DNA from: Candidatus Latescibacterota bacterium
GTDB lineage: Bacteria > Latescibacterota > UBA2968 > UBA8231
Direction: 5' to 3'
Assembly (NCBI GenBank): GCA_965242865.1
Contig: CBDETK010000013.1
Location: forward strand, 4,864,001-4,928,000
DNA length: 64,000 nt
In this document: piece by piece, positions 1-15,836 of the stretch
Position numbering within the stretch: position 1 is the stretch's first letter
Layout: each line of letters begins with the position of its first letter
Notes under the pieces: model-generated
What the model saw: only the letters and a program-made list of their open reading frames with translations
What the model was told of the DNA's origin: nothing
Database searches by the model: none
Translations under genes and position numbers: made by a program

Positions 1-1358
1 CGCCCATCCGCAGACCACGCCGGCGTGCGCCAAAACACCCCGTCGGGAGCCGAGAACCGGGCCTGCTCCGCGCCGCTGGCGGTTTCCAACACCACCAAGT
101 GGCAGCGCCGGGCCGGGCCGAATTCGATTGCGGCGACGCGCTCGCCAGCGGGGGAAAGAGCGGGGGCGAACAACTTGGCTTTGTGGGTGAGCTGGCGCGT
201 CTGGCCGCTGGCGATATCCAACACCATCACGTCGGAATAGTTGCGGTAGGCCCAGCGCGGGTCCGGGGTGGAGCGGTTCCAGACCACTTTGCCGCCGGCC
301 GAGCGGATGCCGCCGAGGGACTGGTAAAAACGCACGCGCTCTTCGCGGCCGTCGGGGTGGAGCCGCACCAGCGTCGGCGGGTCGGCCAAGCCGTGCTTAC
401 TCGCCAGTACGCTGCCATCGGCCAGCGGATGCGGATATTGGTAGTTGGTCCAGATGCCCGACTCGCTCTGCCCGGCGAGCACCCGCACCGGCGTCGTGGA
501 CAGGTCTTTTTGCTGCGCCCGCCACAGTCCGGCCAACTCATCCATGGTCCGCTCGTACGTCTGGGCGGCACTGGCACCGGTGTATTTCTTGAGTGCCCGG
601 CTGAAGGCAAAAGGGTGGAAGCCCCAGCGAGCGGTGCGGCCCAGCACCTCGTCCCACAGCTCCGGCCCGTAGCGGCGCTTGACGTACGTCGTCATGAAAT
701 ACCCTAGCTGGTAGTGGCTGGGATACCAGTCTCGGTATGAGCGGTGGTAGGCTTTGTAGTAGGAATAGCGCCGGCCCGCCAGCAGCAGGGCGCGGATGTC
801 CAGCTCGAACCGGGGCATGCGCCCGCGCCCGGCCTCGCTCAGGGCGGTCTCAATCCCCACCGCATCCCCCTCCCAAAACCAGCGCGGCACCAACAGAGCG
901 CTCAGCACGGTTTCGCCCGCTTCGCCGGACAGCACGGACGCCAAGCGGACAAAGCCCCGGCGCATGCGGTCGAACTGCACCACGTGGCGCATCTCGTGGA
1001 TCGCCAGCATTTGGTACCACTCGCCGGCGATCAGCCCCGCGTTCTGGAACGGGGTGCTGTACCACACGGTGCGGCGCGGCGCCAAGGCGACAAAGCCGTT
1101 GGTCTCGGTCGTTTGGTTGAGCAGCACCACATCGAGCGGCTTTTGCGGCCCCCGCAGCGTTTTGGAGACCGGAGCGTAGATGTGTTCGAGCGTGTTGGCC
1201 ACCCGCTGGGCGTCGGTGGCGATTTCGGCAGGGAAAACGACCGTGAATCGCTCCGTTTGGATCTGCCGCCAGTCTAGGCCGGGCGGGTTTTGCGCGACGG
1301 CCGGGCCGGCGATTAGCACGACCAGCGCGACCGCTTTTAGCATCTTGGCCGAGTACAC
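1..1358 (-). CDS. Secreted gluzincin/peptidase MA-like protein with TolB-like beta-propeller (partial, runs off window start)
   Basis: Manual minus-strand translation (absent from the ORF track because no stop lies in the window): GTG 1358 after AGGAG, or ATG 1343; signal peptide MLKAVALVVLIAGPAVA-QNPP; LAIHEMRH (HExxH), PRWFWEGDAV, then propeller-like repeats (APALSPAGERVA, TPAWSADG). Confidence 0.75.
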   Translation of the reverse strand, partial: MYSAKMLKAVALVVLIAGPAVAQNPPGLDWRQIQTERFTVVFPAEIATDAQRVANTLEHIYAPVSKTLRGPQKPLDVVLLNQTTETNGFVALAPRRTVWYSTPFQNAGLIAGEWYQMLAIHEMRHVVQFDRMRRGFVRLASVLSGEAGETVLSALLVPRWFWEGDAVGIETALSEAGRGRMPRFELDIRALLLAGRRYSYYKAYHRSYRDWYPSHYQLGYFMTTYVKRRYGPELWDEVLGRTARWGFHPFAFSRALKKYTGASAAQTYERTMDELAGLWRAQQKDLSTTPVRVLAGQSESGIWTNYQYPHPLADGSVLASKHGLADPPTLVRLHPDGREERVRFYQSLGGIRSAGGKVVWNRSTPDPRWAYRNYSDVMVLDIASGQTRQLTHKAKLFAPALSPAGERVAAIEFGPARRCHLVVLETASGAEQARFSAPDGVFWRTPAWSADG

Positions 1359-1472
1359 GACAGTACTCCTAAATTATGGTGGAGACGCTAGGATTGATTG
1401 TATGGGGAAAGCAAGTTTTTATTGCGGAGAACGTTCTAGTTCTTGCAGGTGCAACCGCAGGTGCTTTTTGCG

Positions 1473-1490
1473 TTGCAGGTACTCCTGCAA
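1473..1490 (-). terminator. Hairpin just downstream of atpC (possible terminator or mRNA 3' stabiliser)
   Basis: Perfect inverted repeat TTGCAGG-TACT-CCTGCAA next to the atpC stop; no clear U-tract. Confidence 0.35.
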
Positions 1491-1492
1491 AA

Positions 1493-1894
1493 CTAACTGC
1501 CGATGCGAATGCGGTTGACCGCCCGCGCGAGCGCCGCCTGCGCCCGCGCAACATCGACCTGCTCCTCCTGCACCCGTGCCAACCGTTCCTCAGCGCGACG
1601 CCGCGAAGCCTCGGCCCGCTCAACGTCGATTTCCTCGAGGTGCTCGGCCGCCTCGGCTAGCACCGCAACCTGCGTGCGTCCGACCTCGACAAACCCGCCG
1701 CTGATGGCCATTTGGACCGCGCTGCCATCCTCTTCGACAAAGCGCAACCGCCCGATTTGCAACGCGGTCAAAAGCGGTATGTGCCCGGCGAGGACGCCAA
1801 AGCTCCCTTCGCTACCGGGTGCTTGCAGGCTGGAAACCTGCCCCGCGTAGGCCACCCGCTCGGGCGTGACGACCTCTAAGGCAAACGCGGGCAT
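1493..1894 (-). CDS. atpC: F1 ATP synthase epsilon subunit
   Basis: LEVVTPER...PGSEGSFGVLAGHIP...ISGGFVEV...IDVERAE; last gene of the atp operon. Confidence 0.97.
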   Translation of the reverse strand: MPAFALEVVTPERVAYAGQVSSLQAPGSEGSFGVLAGHIPLLTALQIGRLRFVEEDGSAVQMAISGGFVEVGRTQVAVLAEAAEHLEEIDVERAEASRRRAEERLARVQEEQVDVARAQAALARAVNRIRIGS

Positions 1895-1897
1895 GGC

Positions 1898-4175
<2,278 letters not shown>

Positions 4176-4183
4176 AGCCCGGC

Positions 4184-5710
<1,527 letters not shown>

Positions 5711-5725
5711 AGATCCTCCTGCTGA

Positions 5726-6262
5726 CTAACCGGCTAGACGCGCTTGCAGGTGCGCTAGATAGGTGTTCACGCTGCCGTCGAATACGGTGTCGCCGAGGCG
5801 GACGACTGCGCCGCCCCGCAGGCTGGTATCGACTTGGACATTCAAGCGCACTTTTTGGCCGCTGTGGCGTTCTAAACGCGCTTGTAGGAGCTGGCACTGC
5901 TCGGCGCTCAACGCCACGGCCGAGCGCACCTCAGCGCCGATGATGCCCTCGCGCTCGGCGACTTGGTCGAGAAAACTTCCGAGGGCCGCGCCGATGATGG
6001 AAGCGCGGCCCCTAACCGCCATGAGCCGGAGGAAGTTCAAGGTCAGCCCCTCAATTTTGCCGCCAAAGAGCTGCCGCAGGGCCTCGGCTTGCGCCTGACT
6101 GCCCACCAGCGGGTTGGCCAAAAACTCGCTCAGCTCGTCGGATTGGCCTACGGTCGCCAAAAGCCGCTCGACATCGCGCTGCACGGCCGCGGTGACGCCC
6201 GTTTCAGCGGCGGTCTCCAACAGCGTAGCCCCATAGCGTCGCACTACTTCGGGGGCGTTCAT
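5726..6262 (-). CDS. atpH: F1 ATP synthase delta subunit
   Basis: RRYGATLLE, NFLRLM, VDTSLRGGAVVRLGDTVFDGSV; position between atpF and atpA. Confidence 0.95.
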   Translation of the reverse strand: MNAPEVVRRYGATLLETAAETGVTAAVQRDVERLLATVGQSDELSEFLANPLVGSQAQAEALRQLFGGKIEGLTLNFLRLMAVRGRASIIGAALGSFLDQVAEREGIIGAEVRSAVALSAEQCQLLQARLERHSGQKVRLNVQVDTSLRGGAVVRLGDTVFDGSVNTYLAHLQARLAG

Positions 6263-6284
6263 TGGCCTGCTCGCACCATGGCGT

Positions 6285-6776
6285 TCAATTGGATTCGGGA
6301 ATTTTGGCGATCAAGTCGTCCACGAGGGCGCGGTTTTTCTCATCGTCCAAATTGGCGTCGATCAGTACGCCAGCGGCTTGGACCGCGAGCTGGGCTGTCT
6401 CGCGGCGCAGCTCGGCGATGGCGGCGCGCTGCTCGCTTTCGATGCTGGTCCGCGCTTGCTCGATCATCCGCTCGGCCTCTTCCCGCGCTTGGGAGACGAT
6501 CCGCTGCCGCACGTTTGCCCCAGCCGTGCGGGCCTCGGCGACGATTCGCCGCGCCTCTTCATCGGCCGCGGCGAGCTTCTGCTGGTGCTTGTGCAAGACC
6601 TCTTCGGCCTCTTGGCGCGCCTGATCGGCCTCGGCCAGCGCGTTGCTGATGCGTTGCTCGCGCTCGTCGAGCGCAGCCAAAAGCTGGGGCCAAGCGAACT
6701 TTCTGAGGACGAGGAGCACCACTAAAAAGGTGATGATCGTCCAAATTATGGTCCCTACATGGGGATCGAGTAGCAT
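6285..6776 (-). CDS. atpF: Fo ATP synthase subunit b
   Basis: N-terminal TM, KFAWPQLLAALDERE, long coiled coil. Confidence 0.96.
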   Translation of the reverse strand: MLLDPHVGTIIWTIITFLVVLLVLRKFAWPQLLAALDEREQRISNALAEADQARQEAEEVLHKHQQKLAAADEEARRIVAEARTAGANVRQRIVSQAREEAERMIEQARTSIESEQRAAIAELRRETAQLAVQAAGVLIDANLDDEKNRALVDDLIAKIPESN

Positions 6777-6786
6777 AAGGGTACTG

Positions 6787-7014
6787 CTACTTGGTCAGCA
6801 CGATCAGCAGGCAAAACACCTCGCCGATCAGGGCCACGCCCTCAATCAGGGCGGCGGTCAAGATCATATTGGTGCGGATATCGCCTACGGCTTCGGGTTG
6901 ACGGGCGATGCTCTCCATCGCCGCACCGGCCAAGCGGCCGATGCCCAACGCCGCGCCAATCGCGCAAAGCCCCATGCCAATTGCGGCACCCATATACGCC
7001 AACTGCATTTCCAT
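6787..7014 (-). CDS. atpE: Fo ATP synthase subunit c
   Basis: Gly-rich helix, ARQPE loop, ALIEGVAL carboxylate. Confidence 0.97.
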   Translation of the reverse strand: MEMQLAYMGAAIGMGLCAIGAALGIGRLAGAAMESIARQPEAVGDIRTNMILTAALIEGVALIGEVFCLLIVLTK

Positions 7015-7050
7015 ACCAAATACTCCCTCTTGTGAACAGTGTGAACCCCG

Positions 7051-7881
7051 CTAGTGGTCCGGGTGAGCGGCCATACTGATAAAGACCGTTGATAACAGGG
7101 TAAAGACAAAGGCTTGCACAAATCCCACGAAAATTTCGAGTAGGTAAATCGCCACGGCAAAGGGCACGGACCCAAGGGCGATCCACTCGCTTTGCAAAAT
7201 GGCGATCAAACCCAAGAAAACCAAAATCGCCACGTGGCCGCCGGTCATATTGGCGAAGAGGCGCACGCAAAGGGCGAAGGGCTTGACGAATAAACCGATC
7301 AATTCTACGGGAATTAAAATGATCAAAAGCACCGGCGGGACGCCGGAGGGGACTAAGCTCTTGCAGTAGCCGAGCAAGCCATTGTTGGCAATGCCGGTTC
7401 CTAGCATAAAAAAAAAGGAACACAAGGCTAGGCCCGCGGTGACGTTAACATTGCTCGTGGCCGTAGCGCTGTAGGGAACCAGCCCCAGCAAGTTGCAAAA
7501 TAGGATGAAAAAGAAGATCGTCAGCAAAAAAGGCAGGTACTTTTTGCCGCCCTCGCCCATCATGGGCAATACGACCTCGTCGCGGAGGAAGACGACGATG
7601 GCTTCAAAGAAATTGGCCAAGCCCGAAGGCACGGCCCGCGGCTTGCGAAAGGCCCTGAGCATGAGCGCGATGAGCAGAATGCTCGCCACCCACATAATCA
7701 CTACGTGCCGGGTGATGGAGAGGTCAATGCCGAAAAGCTCTAGCGAAGGAAGATCAACTTTGCCGGCGAGCAGGTGATGCCGATCGACAAAGGGCAATTC
7801 GAGATAGCGACTATCTACAATGTGCCCTATGATGTCCACTTGCCCATTTGCGGCATCTGCCGCCTGCGTATCGCCAGCCAT
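7051..7881 (-). CDS. atpB: Fo ATP synthase subunit a
   Basis: NLLGLVP, PFALCVRLFANMTGGH (essential Arg), EIFVGFVQAFVFTLL. Confidence 0.97.
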   Translation of the reverse strand: MAGDTQAADAANGQVDIIGHIVDSRYLELPFVDRHHLLAGKVDLPSLELFGIDLSITRHVVIMWVASILLIALMLRAFRKPRAVPSGLANFFEAIVVFLRDEVVLPMMGEGGKKYLPFLLTIFFFILFCNLLGLVPYSATATSNVNVTAGLALCSFFFMLGTGIANNGLLGYCKSLVPSGVPPVLLIILIPVELIGLFVKPFALCVRLFANMTGGHVAILVFLGLIAILQSEWIALGSVPFAVAIYLLEIFVGFVQAFVFTLLSTVFISMAAHPDH

Positions 7882-7969
7882 TTACTGCCTTGTGAAATGT
7901 CTCAATAGGAGGGAAACTGTAACTGTAGCAACAACCAACCGAACAAATTAATTCGGCCGCAAATTTCTG

Positions 7970-8278
7970 TCAACACTTCGCGGCCTTGTAACGCTCTGCG
8001 CGACCTTGCAACTTGAGTACGTAAAGGATTTCAAAAACGAGTAAAAGCAAGTACGCGGCCACCAAGGCGATGAAGTAGCTCACCGCGTGGACTCCGAGCC
8101 ATTTGAGCGCGAGTGCCGAGAGGCCGGCCACCGCGATCAACCGGGCGATCATCCCGCCGAAGAAGGCGATCATAAAGACCTGCATCCCCTTGTTCCACCC
8201 CCAGTGAATCGCCGCCAGCGCGAGCGCGCCGTTGAACCCGGCAACCACCAAGCCAGCGACGATGCTGTCCCACCTCAC
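7970..8278 (-). CDS. atpI: ATP synthase I-like membrane protein
   Basis: 102 aa, 3-4 hydrophobic helices, GMIARL motif, upstream of atpB. Confidence 0.7.
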   Translation of the reverse strand: MRWDSIVAGLVVAGFNGALALAAIHWGWNKGMQVFMIAFFGGMIARLIAVAGLSALALKWLGVHAVSYFIALVAAYLLLLVFEILYVLKLQGRAERYKAAKC

Positions 8279-8517
8279 CGCCCATCCTCCCGCTTGCGCC
8301 GCTCATCTAAGGCCATCAGGGTCCGATAGAGCTTGTAAAACCCACCAACCGCGCCACACAGGGTGCCCAACAAGAGAAAGAGCGGCGTCGTTGCAAACGC
8401 GGCGTCGAGCCACCAGCCAATGGCCACAAAGATCAGGATCGTCGCCGCAAATTGGATTCCCAGACTGGCGTACGGGCCGATAGCCGCGTACGCCCCGGTC
8501 TTTTTTTTAGCGACCAT
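8275..8517 (-). CDS. AtpZ/AtpI family F0F1-ATPase accessory membrane protein
   Basis: Start revised to ATG 8517 (MVAKKK); LGIQFAATILIFVAIGWWLD...TTPLFLLLG matches the AtpZ/AtpI pattern. Confidence 0.85.
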   Translation of the reverse strand: MVAKKKTGAYAAIGPYASLGIQFAATILIFVAIGWWLDAAFATTPLFLLLGTLCGAVGGFYKLYRTLMALDERRKREDGR

Positions 8518-8534
8518 ATTCTCTGTGCAAACGC

Positions 8535-8738
8535 TCAGCTCGTCTCCGCTTCGGCCTGCCCGCACGAACCGGGGGCCTGCCCGCACTCGCAGAGGGGCTG
8601 CCCCAGTGCATCGCGCATGGTGTCCAGCCCGCCGCACGAGCCTTGGAGGCGGCGATTGCTAAAGATCACGCCGACGGCCATGGCGGCCATGACCAAGCCA
8701 AAAGCGGCAAAAGCGGCAATAAGCGTACTCATAGTCAT
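8535..8738 (-). CDS. nqrM: Na+-NQR maturation factor NqrM
   Basis: N-terminal [17 protein letters not shown] and a Cys-rich tail; follows nqrF. Confidence 0.88.
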   Translation of the reverse strand: MTMSTLIAAFAAFGLVMAAMAVGVIFSNRRLQGSCGGLDTMRDALGQPLCECGQAPGSCGQAEAETS

Positions 8739-8770
8739 CCTGCCTTTCTCTTCGCACCTGAAGCCCCGAC

Positions 8771-10009
8771 TTAAAACTCGTCGTAGCGGATCATTTCCTC
8801 TTCAATGCCCAAATCGTCGAGCATCGCGAGCACGGCTTGGAGCATCAGCGGGGGGCCGCACATGTAGTACTCGACGTCTTCGGGGGCGGGATGGTCTTTG
8901 AGGTAATTCTCATGCACCACTTGGTGAATAAAGCCCACGTACCCGCCCCAATTGTCTTCTGGCCGCGGCTCGGACATGGCGATGTGGAAGGTGAAGTTGG
9001 GAAACTCCGCTTCGATTTTGCGGAAGTGGTCTTCGTAGAAGACCTCGTTGGGATTGCGCGCTCCGTACCAGTACGACACCTTGCGCCCGGTCTGGAGCGT
9101 GTGGAAAAGGTGGTATAGATGCGACCGCAACGGCGCCATGCCCGCGCCGCCGCCGATATAGACCATCTCGCGGTCGGTCTCTTGGATGAAAAATTCGCCG
9201 AAAGGCCCCGAGATCGTCACCTTGTCGCCCGGCTTGCGGCTGAACACATAAGAAGAGGCAATGCCGGGCGGCACAGCTGCCCAGCCGCCCTTTTCGCGAT
9301 CGGGCGGCGGGGTGGCGATGCGGATGTTGAGCATGATGATGTCGCCCTCGGCCGGGTGATTGGCCATTGAATAGGCGCGGAAGACAGGCTCGGTATTGAC
9401 GGCTTTGAAGTCCCAGACCTTGAAGCGGTCCCAATCGGGATGAAAGCGGTCCTCAATGCCCTCAAAGTCCTTGAAGTCGCACTCAAAGGGCGGCACTTCG
9501 ATCTGGATATAGCCGCCGGGCTGGAAATCCAGCGTTTCGCCGGCGGGGAGTTTGACGATAAACTCCTTTATGAAGGTCGCCACGTTGTCGTTGGAGACGA
9601 CTTCGCATTCCCACTTTTTGACCGAGAACACTTCGGGCGGCACCGCTATCTTCATGTCCTGCTTGACGTTGACTTGGCAGGAGAGCCGGACGCCCTCGCG
9701 CGCCTCGCGCTTGGTAATGTGGCTGGTCTCGGTCTGCAAAATATCGCCGCCGCCCTCGTAGATGTGTACCTTGCACTGGGCGCAGGTGCCGCCGCCGCCG
9801 CAGGCCGACGACACAAAGACCTTGTTGTCGGCCAGCACGTTGAGCAGCTTGCCCCCGGCCGGTACGGCGAGCGCCTTGCTCTCGTCGTCGTTGATGAGGA
9901 TCCGCACATCGCCGCTCGGCACCAGCCGGGAGCGGGCCACCAAGATGAGGGCCACCAAGGCCAGCACCACGCCCGTGAACATGCCAACGCCGGAAATAAT
10001 TTCAGTCAT
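8771..10009 (-). CDS. nqrF: Na+-NQR subunit F
   Basis: [12 protein letters not shown] 2Fe-2S motif, [22 protein letters not shown]. Confidence 0.98.
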   Translation of the reverse strand: MTEIISGVGMFTGVVLALVALILVARSRLVPSGDVRILINDDESKALAVPAGGKLLNVLADNKVFVSSACGGGGTCAQCKVHIYEGGGDILQTETSHITKREAREGVRLSCQVNVKQDMKIAVPPEVFSVKKWECEVVSNDNVATFIKEFIVKLPAGETLDFQPGGYIQIEVPPFECDFKDFEGIEDRFHPDWDRFKVWDFKAVNTEPVFRAYSMANHPAEGDIIMLNIRIATPPPDREKGGWAAVPPGIASSYVFSRKPGDKVTISGPFGEFFIQETDREMVYIGGGAGMAPLRSHLYHLFHTLQTGRKVSYWYGARNPNEVFYEDHFRKIEAEFPNFTFHIAMSEPRPEDNWGGYVGFIHQVVHENYLKDHPAPEDVEYYMCGPPLMLQAVLAMLDDLGIEEEMIRYDEF

Positions 10010-10025
10010 CAGATGCTCTTTTCTT

Positions 10026-10637
10026 TTAGAGCTGAATACCGGAAAAGGACATAAAGGCCAAAGACATCAGGCCCACCGTAATGAAGGTAATCCCGAGGCC
10101 GCGCAGCCCTGGGGGGACATCGCTGTACTTCATCTTCTCGCGGATGCCGGCCAGCGCGACGATGGCCAGCGCCCAGCCAAAGCCCGAGCCAAAGCCAAAG
10201 ACCACGCTCTCGCCCAAGTCGTAGTCGCGCTCGACCATGAACAGCGAACCGCCCAAGATGGCGCAGTTGACGGTGATCAAGGGCAGGAAAATTCCCAGCG
10301 CATTGTAGAGAGCCGGCACGAACTTGTCGAGAAACATCTCGAGGATCTGCACCATGGCGGCGATGATGCCGATGTAGCTAATCAGCCCCACAAAAGTCAG
10401 ATCGACCCCACTCAAGCCCGCCCACGCCAAGGCGTCCTCCTTGAGTAGGTACTGGTAGATTAGGTTGTTGGCTGGGACGGTAACCGTCTGCACCACGATT
10501 ACGGCGATCCCCAGCCCGAATGCGGTTTGCACCTCCTTGGAGACCGCCAGAAAAGTACACATCCCCAAAAAGAACGCGAGTGCCATGTTCTCGACGAACA
10601 CGGACTTCATGAATATGCTCAGATAGGCTTCGACCAT
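10026..10637 (-). CDS. nqrE: Na+-NQR subunit E
   Basis: [35 protein letters not shown]. Confidence 0.98.
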   Translation of the reverse strand: MVEAYLSIFMKSVFVENMALAFFLGMCTFLAVSKEVQTAFGLGIAVIVVQTVTVPANNLIYQYLLKEDALAWAGLSGVDLTFVGLISYIGIIAAMVQILEMFLDKFVPALYNALGIFLPLITVNCAILGGSLFMVERDYDLGESVVFGFGSGFGWALAIVALAGIREKMKYSDVPPGLRGLGITFITVGLMSLAFMSFSGIQL

Positions 10638-10643
10638 GTTTGA

Positions 10644-11267
10644 TTATTCCTCCTCGACCTGCTCGCTCTTCCAGCTCCTGAGTGCCCAGATAAATAAGCC
10701 AATGATGAAAAACGCGCTCGGCGGCAAGAGCATCAGCCCGTTGGGCGCGTACCAACCGCCCTCGGCTGCCAAGGCGAACATTTGGACGCCAAACAGCGAC
10801 CCCGACCCGAATAGCTCGCGCAACACGCCGACGACCATCAAGATGACGCTGTAACCCAAGGCGTTGCCCAAGCCGTCGAGAAAGCTCAGCCCGGGGCCGT
10901 TCTGCGAGGCGAACGCCTCGGCGCGCCCCATGATGATGCAGTTGGTGATGATCAGGCCGACGAAAACCGAGAGCTGTTTGCTGATCTCAAAGGCATAGGC
11001 GCGCAGGAACTGATCGACGATGATCACCAGCGAGGCGATGATCGTCATCTGCACGATGATGCGGATGTTGGCGGGGATAAAGTTGCGGATCACGCTGACG
11101 GCCATGTTGGAACAACAGAGCACAAAAATGACCGCCAAGCACATGGTGACGGTGGTCTCCAACTTGGTCGTCACCGCCAGTGCCGAGCATATCCCAAGGC
11201 TCAGCAAGGCAATGGGATTGGAGTCAAAGAGCGGCCTAAAGAGGACGTCTCGCGGTTTGTCAGCCAT
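10644..11267 (-). CDS. nqrD: Na+-NQR subunit D
   Basis: [39 protein letters not shown]. Confidence 0.98.
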   Translation of the reverse strand: MADKPRDVLFRPLFDSNPIALLSLGICSALAVTTKLETTVTMCLAVIFVLCCSNMAVSVIRNFIPANIRIIVQMTIIASLVIIVDQFLRAYAFEISKQLSVFVGLIITNCIIMGRAEAFASQNGPGLSFLDGLGNALGYSVILMVVGVLRELFGSGSLFGVQMFALAAEGGWYAPNGLMLLPPSAFFIIGLFIWALRSWKSEQVEEE

Positions 11268-12059
11268 TTAACTAACTCCTCGTTCTTTGAGCTTGGCCAG
11301 ATACGGCCCAAAGGCTTGCGCCCCCAGCCAGTAGCGCAGCATGTCCCGGACGCCGCGCGAGGTAATAGTGGCACCCGACAGGCCATCGACCTGATACTGG
11401 GCTTCGGGCCGGCCCGAGACGACTTTGCCCCGGATCACCTCGATGCGCACGGCGCCGCTTTCGTCGAAAGCCTTTTTGCCGTCCCACAGGGCCTTCCAAC
11501 TGGGGTTATCGACCTCGCCGCCCAAGCCCGGGGTCTCGGCGTGTTCGTAGTAAACCAGCCCGCGAATGGTGTTGAGGTCTCTGGCGTCGAGGGCCACAAA
11601 CCCATAGAGCGTTGACCACAGCCCTAAGCCGTGGACGGGCAGGATGACTTTTTTGATTTGGCCCTTTTGCGACACCATGTAAACCGAAGCATGGAGCGCC
11701 CGGCGCTTGACGTTGGCAATATCTACCTTGGCCGGGACCGGCTCGCTTTGCGCCGGGTCTTTGGCCGCCCGCCGCTGGTCGTAGGCAATCGGGTCAACGC
11801 CATCGACGTATTCCCCGCTCGCCAAATCGACGACGCGGGGATTTATGTTCGCGTACAACTCCTCGATCCGCTCGCCATCGGCGCCCTCGCCGGACTTTAG
11901 CAGGCCAGCGGCCATTAGAATGTTGCGCTTTTTGTCGAGCGTCTTGTTGATGGCTTGGGTCGGCCGCAGCGACACGGCCGCGGCCGATACCAGCACGGAG
12001 CAGACCAAGCACACGCCGAGGGCCACGCCGAAGGTTCTACCCACTGAATCGTTCGCCAC
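11268..12059 (-). CDS. nqrC: Na+-NQR subunit C
   Basis: GLWS, ETPGLGGEV, VDGLSGATITS covalent FMN site. Confidence 0.97.
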   Translation of the reverse strand: MANDSVGRTFGVALGVCLVCSVLVSAAAVSLRPTQAINKTLDKKRNILMAAGLLKSGEGADGERIEELYANINPRVVDLASGEYVDGVDPIAYDQRRAAKDPAQSEPVPAKVDIANVKRRALHASVYMVSQKGQIKKVILPVHGLGLWSTLYGFVALDARDLNTIRGLVYYEHAETPGLGGEVDNPSWKALWDGKKAFDESGAVRIEVIRGKVVSGRPEAQYQVDGLSGATITSRGVRDMLRYWLGAQAFGPYLAKLKERGVS

Positions 12060-12071
12060 GTTGTCTCTCTC

Positions 12072-13289
12072 CTACGCGCTGACCGCCGTACGGGCCAGCC
12101 GGCGCTTGATGTTGGCTTGCATTACCACGTGATCGATCGCCGGCGCAAAGACATTGCCAAAGAGAATGGCCAGCATTACGCCCTCGGGAAAGGCCGGATT
12201 GATCACGCGAATCAGCACGGTCATAAAGCCGATGAGGGCTCCGTACGCCCACCGGCCGGCCGGGGTCATGGACGCGGACACCGGGTCTGTGGCCATATAG
12301 ACACAGCCAAAGGCATATCCTCCCAGCACCAAGTGCCAGCTCGCGTCCATCTCGAACATCGGGTTGGTGTCGCTGCCCATGGCGTGGAGCAACTCGGCGC
12401 AGACGACCGTAGCGGCCGTCATGCTGGCGATGATTTGCCAAGAGCCGACTCTAGTCGCGATGAGGATGGCGGCGCCGAGTACGCAGGCTAGGGTGGATGT
12501 TTCGCCCATGGACCCGGGGATCGCGCCCAAGAAGGCCTGCGTCCAAGTCACCGCACCGGTGACGGCCGCCATGCCGTCGGCCGCGGCCGCCCCCAGCGGG
12601 GTCGCATGGGTAAAGCCGTCGGCCGCGACCCAGACCGCGTCGCCGGTGATTTCGGCCGGATACGCAAAATAGAGGAAGGCCCGGCCAGTCAGGGCTGGAT
12701 TGAGAAAGTTTTTGCCGGTGCCGCCGAAGACCTCCTTGCCCAACACCACGCCAAAGCTAATGCCGATGGCCACCTGCCACAGGGGGATCGTCGGCGGCAG
12801 GGTCAAGGGAAAGAGCATGCCCGTGACCAAGAAGCCTTCGTTGATCTCGTGCTTGCGAACCATTGCGAAAAGCCCCTCCCACAGCCCGCCCACCATGTTG
12901 CACACCAAAAAGACTGGAAAAAAATAGAGGAAGCCGTGGAATACATTGGCCAGCGCATTGCTGGGATTGTAGCCTATGCCGAGGATGTCGATGATGATCC
13001 CGCGCCATTCGCCCGTTGTGGCGGCCCCCATCTGCTGCATGGCCAGATTGATCTGATACCCCGTGTTCCACATCGCCATGAAGATGCAGGGCACGAGCGC
13101 GGCGACGACCGTGATCATGGTGCGCTTGAGGTCAATGCTGTCGCGCACGTGCGTCGGCCCCTCGGTGACGCGACCGGGCGTGTATAAAAATGTATCGGCG
13201 GCCTCATAGAGAGCGTAGAATTTTTCCAGCCGCCCGCCCTGGTGGAAAAGAGGCTCGGCTTGGTCGAGCAGATCTCGCAACACCTTCAT
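12072..13289 (-). CDS. nqrB: Na+-NQR subunit B
   Basis: [35 protein letters not shown] (FMN Thr), [16 protein letters not shown]. Confidence 0.98.
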   Translation of the reverse strand: MKVLRDLLDQAEPLFHQGGRLEKFYALYEAADTFLYTPGRVTEGPTHVRDSIDLKRTMITVVAALVPCIFMAMWNTGYQINLAMQQMGAATTGEWRGIIIDILGIGYNPSNALANVFHGFLYFFPVFLVCNMVGGLWEGLFAMVRKHEINEGFLVTGMLFPLTLPPTIPLWQVAIGISFGVVLGKEVFGGTGKNFLNPALTGRAFLYFAYPAEITGDAVWVAADGFTHATPLGAAAADGMAAVTGAVTWTQAFLGAIPGSMGETSTLACVLGAAILIATRVGSWQIIASMTAATVVCAELLHAMGSDTNPMFEMDASWHLVLGGYAFGCVYMATDPVSASMTPAGRWAYGALIGFMTVLIRVINPAFPEGVMLAILFGNVFAPAIDHVVMQANIKRRLARTAVSA

Positions 13290-13298
13290 TGAATGCGT

Positions 13299-14666
<1,368 letters not shown>

Positions 14667-14843
14667 TCAGAATAAAAGCCAACGAGCGCGATGGAGCAAG
14701 CTATAATGTGCGGAAATCGCGCTCCGGTCCAACTTGCCAAGCCGGGCAAAACCTCGGATTTTAGGCGAGCCGGCGCGACCAAACACGCACGCGCCCCAAA
14801 GCCCTAGCCGCTTGGTACACCCTAAGCGAAGGAGACGCACCCC

Positions 14844-15836
14844 ATGAGCCTGACGCGCGAGGAAATTGTCGCCCTCTACAAAAGCCCCGTACTCGACCTC
14901 GCGTACCGCGCCGCGACCGTTCACCGGGCACACCACGATCCCCGGCAAGTACAGGTCTGCACCCTGCTTTCGATCAAGACCGGCGGCTGTCCCGAAAATT
15001 GCAGCTATTGCTCCCAGTCGGCCCATTTCGATACGGGCCTCAAACGCCAAGAATTGCTGTCCTTGGCGGCCGTGCGCACAGCGGCCGAGCGCGCCGCGGC
15101 GGCCGGCAGTACGCGCTTCTGCATGGGCGCGGCTTGGCGTCAAGTCCGCGACGGCACGGAATTCGACCGCGTGTTGGACATGGTGCGGGCGGTCGCGGCC
15201 ACCGGCATGGAAGTCTGCTGCACGTTGGGCATGCTCAACGCCGACCAAGCCCGCCGCTTGCGAGAAGCCGGCCTCCACGCGTACAACCACAACTTGGACA
15301 CCGGAGAAAACTACTATTCCGAAATCGTCTCCACTCGCACCTATCGCGACCGCCTCGAAACCTTGGGCCATGTCGGCCGGGCCGGAATATCGGTCTGCTG
15401 CGGCGGCATCTTGGGCATGGGCGAAAGCGAGGCGGACCGCATCGACTTGCTCTGCGCGCTCTTGCAACTGCCAACGCCGCCGGAGTCCATCCCGGTCAAC
15501 GCCCTAGTACCCATCGCCGGTACGCCCCTAGGCGACCGCGAAACAGTGTCCGCGTGGGAACTCATCCGCACCATCGCCTGCGCTCGCATCCTCTTTCCCC
15601 AAGCCATGGTGCGCCTCTCTGCGGGCCGCGACCAACTCTCGACAGCCGAACAAGCCCTGTGCTTTTTGGCTGGGGCCAACTCCATCTTCTCGGGCGACCG
15701 CCTTTTGACGACGCCCCACCCCGGCACCGACGCGGACCAAGCCCTCTTTGACCTTCTCGGCCTAGAAGCGCGGCTCCCGCACCGGGCTTCAGAGCGCGTC
15801 GAGCAGCTCGCAGAGGCAGTCGTAGATCGAAGCTAG
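14844..15836 (+). CDS. bioB: Biotin synthase (radical SAM)
   Basis: IKTGGCPENCSYCSQS, YNHNLDT, VCCGGILGMGE, GANSIF. Confidence 0.98.
   Translation: MSLTREEIVALYKSPVLDLAYRAATVHRAHHDPRQVQVCTLLSIKTGGCPENCSYCSQSAHFDTGLKRQELLSLAAVRTAAERAAAAGSTRFCMGAAWRQVRDGTEFDRVLDMVRAVAATGMEVCCTLGMLNADQARRLREAGLHAYNHNLDTGENYYSEIVSTRTYRDRLETLGHVGRAGISVCCGGILGMGESEADRIDLLCALLQLPTPPESIPVNALVPIAGTPLGDRETVSAWELIRTIACARILFPQAMVRLSAGRDQLSTAEQALCFLAGANSIFSGDRLLTTPHPGTDADQALFDLLGLEARLPHRASERVEQLAEAVVDRS

Noticed and set aside
1440-1490. Three GCAGGT copies after atpC as an operator or mini-array
   Set aside because: Irregular spacing and explained by the local hairpin.
7407-7416. A10 homopolymer in atpB as a phase-variation or frameshift site
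   Set aside because: It encodes in-frame SFFFM in an intact essential gene.
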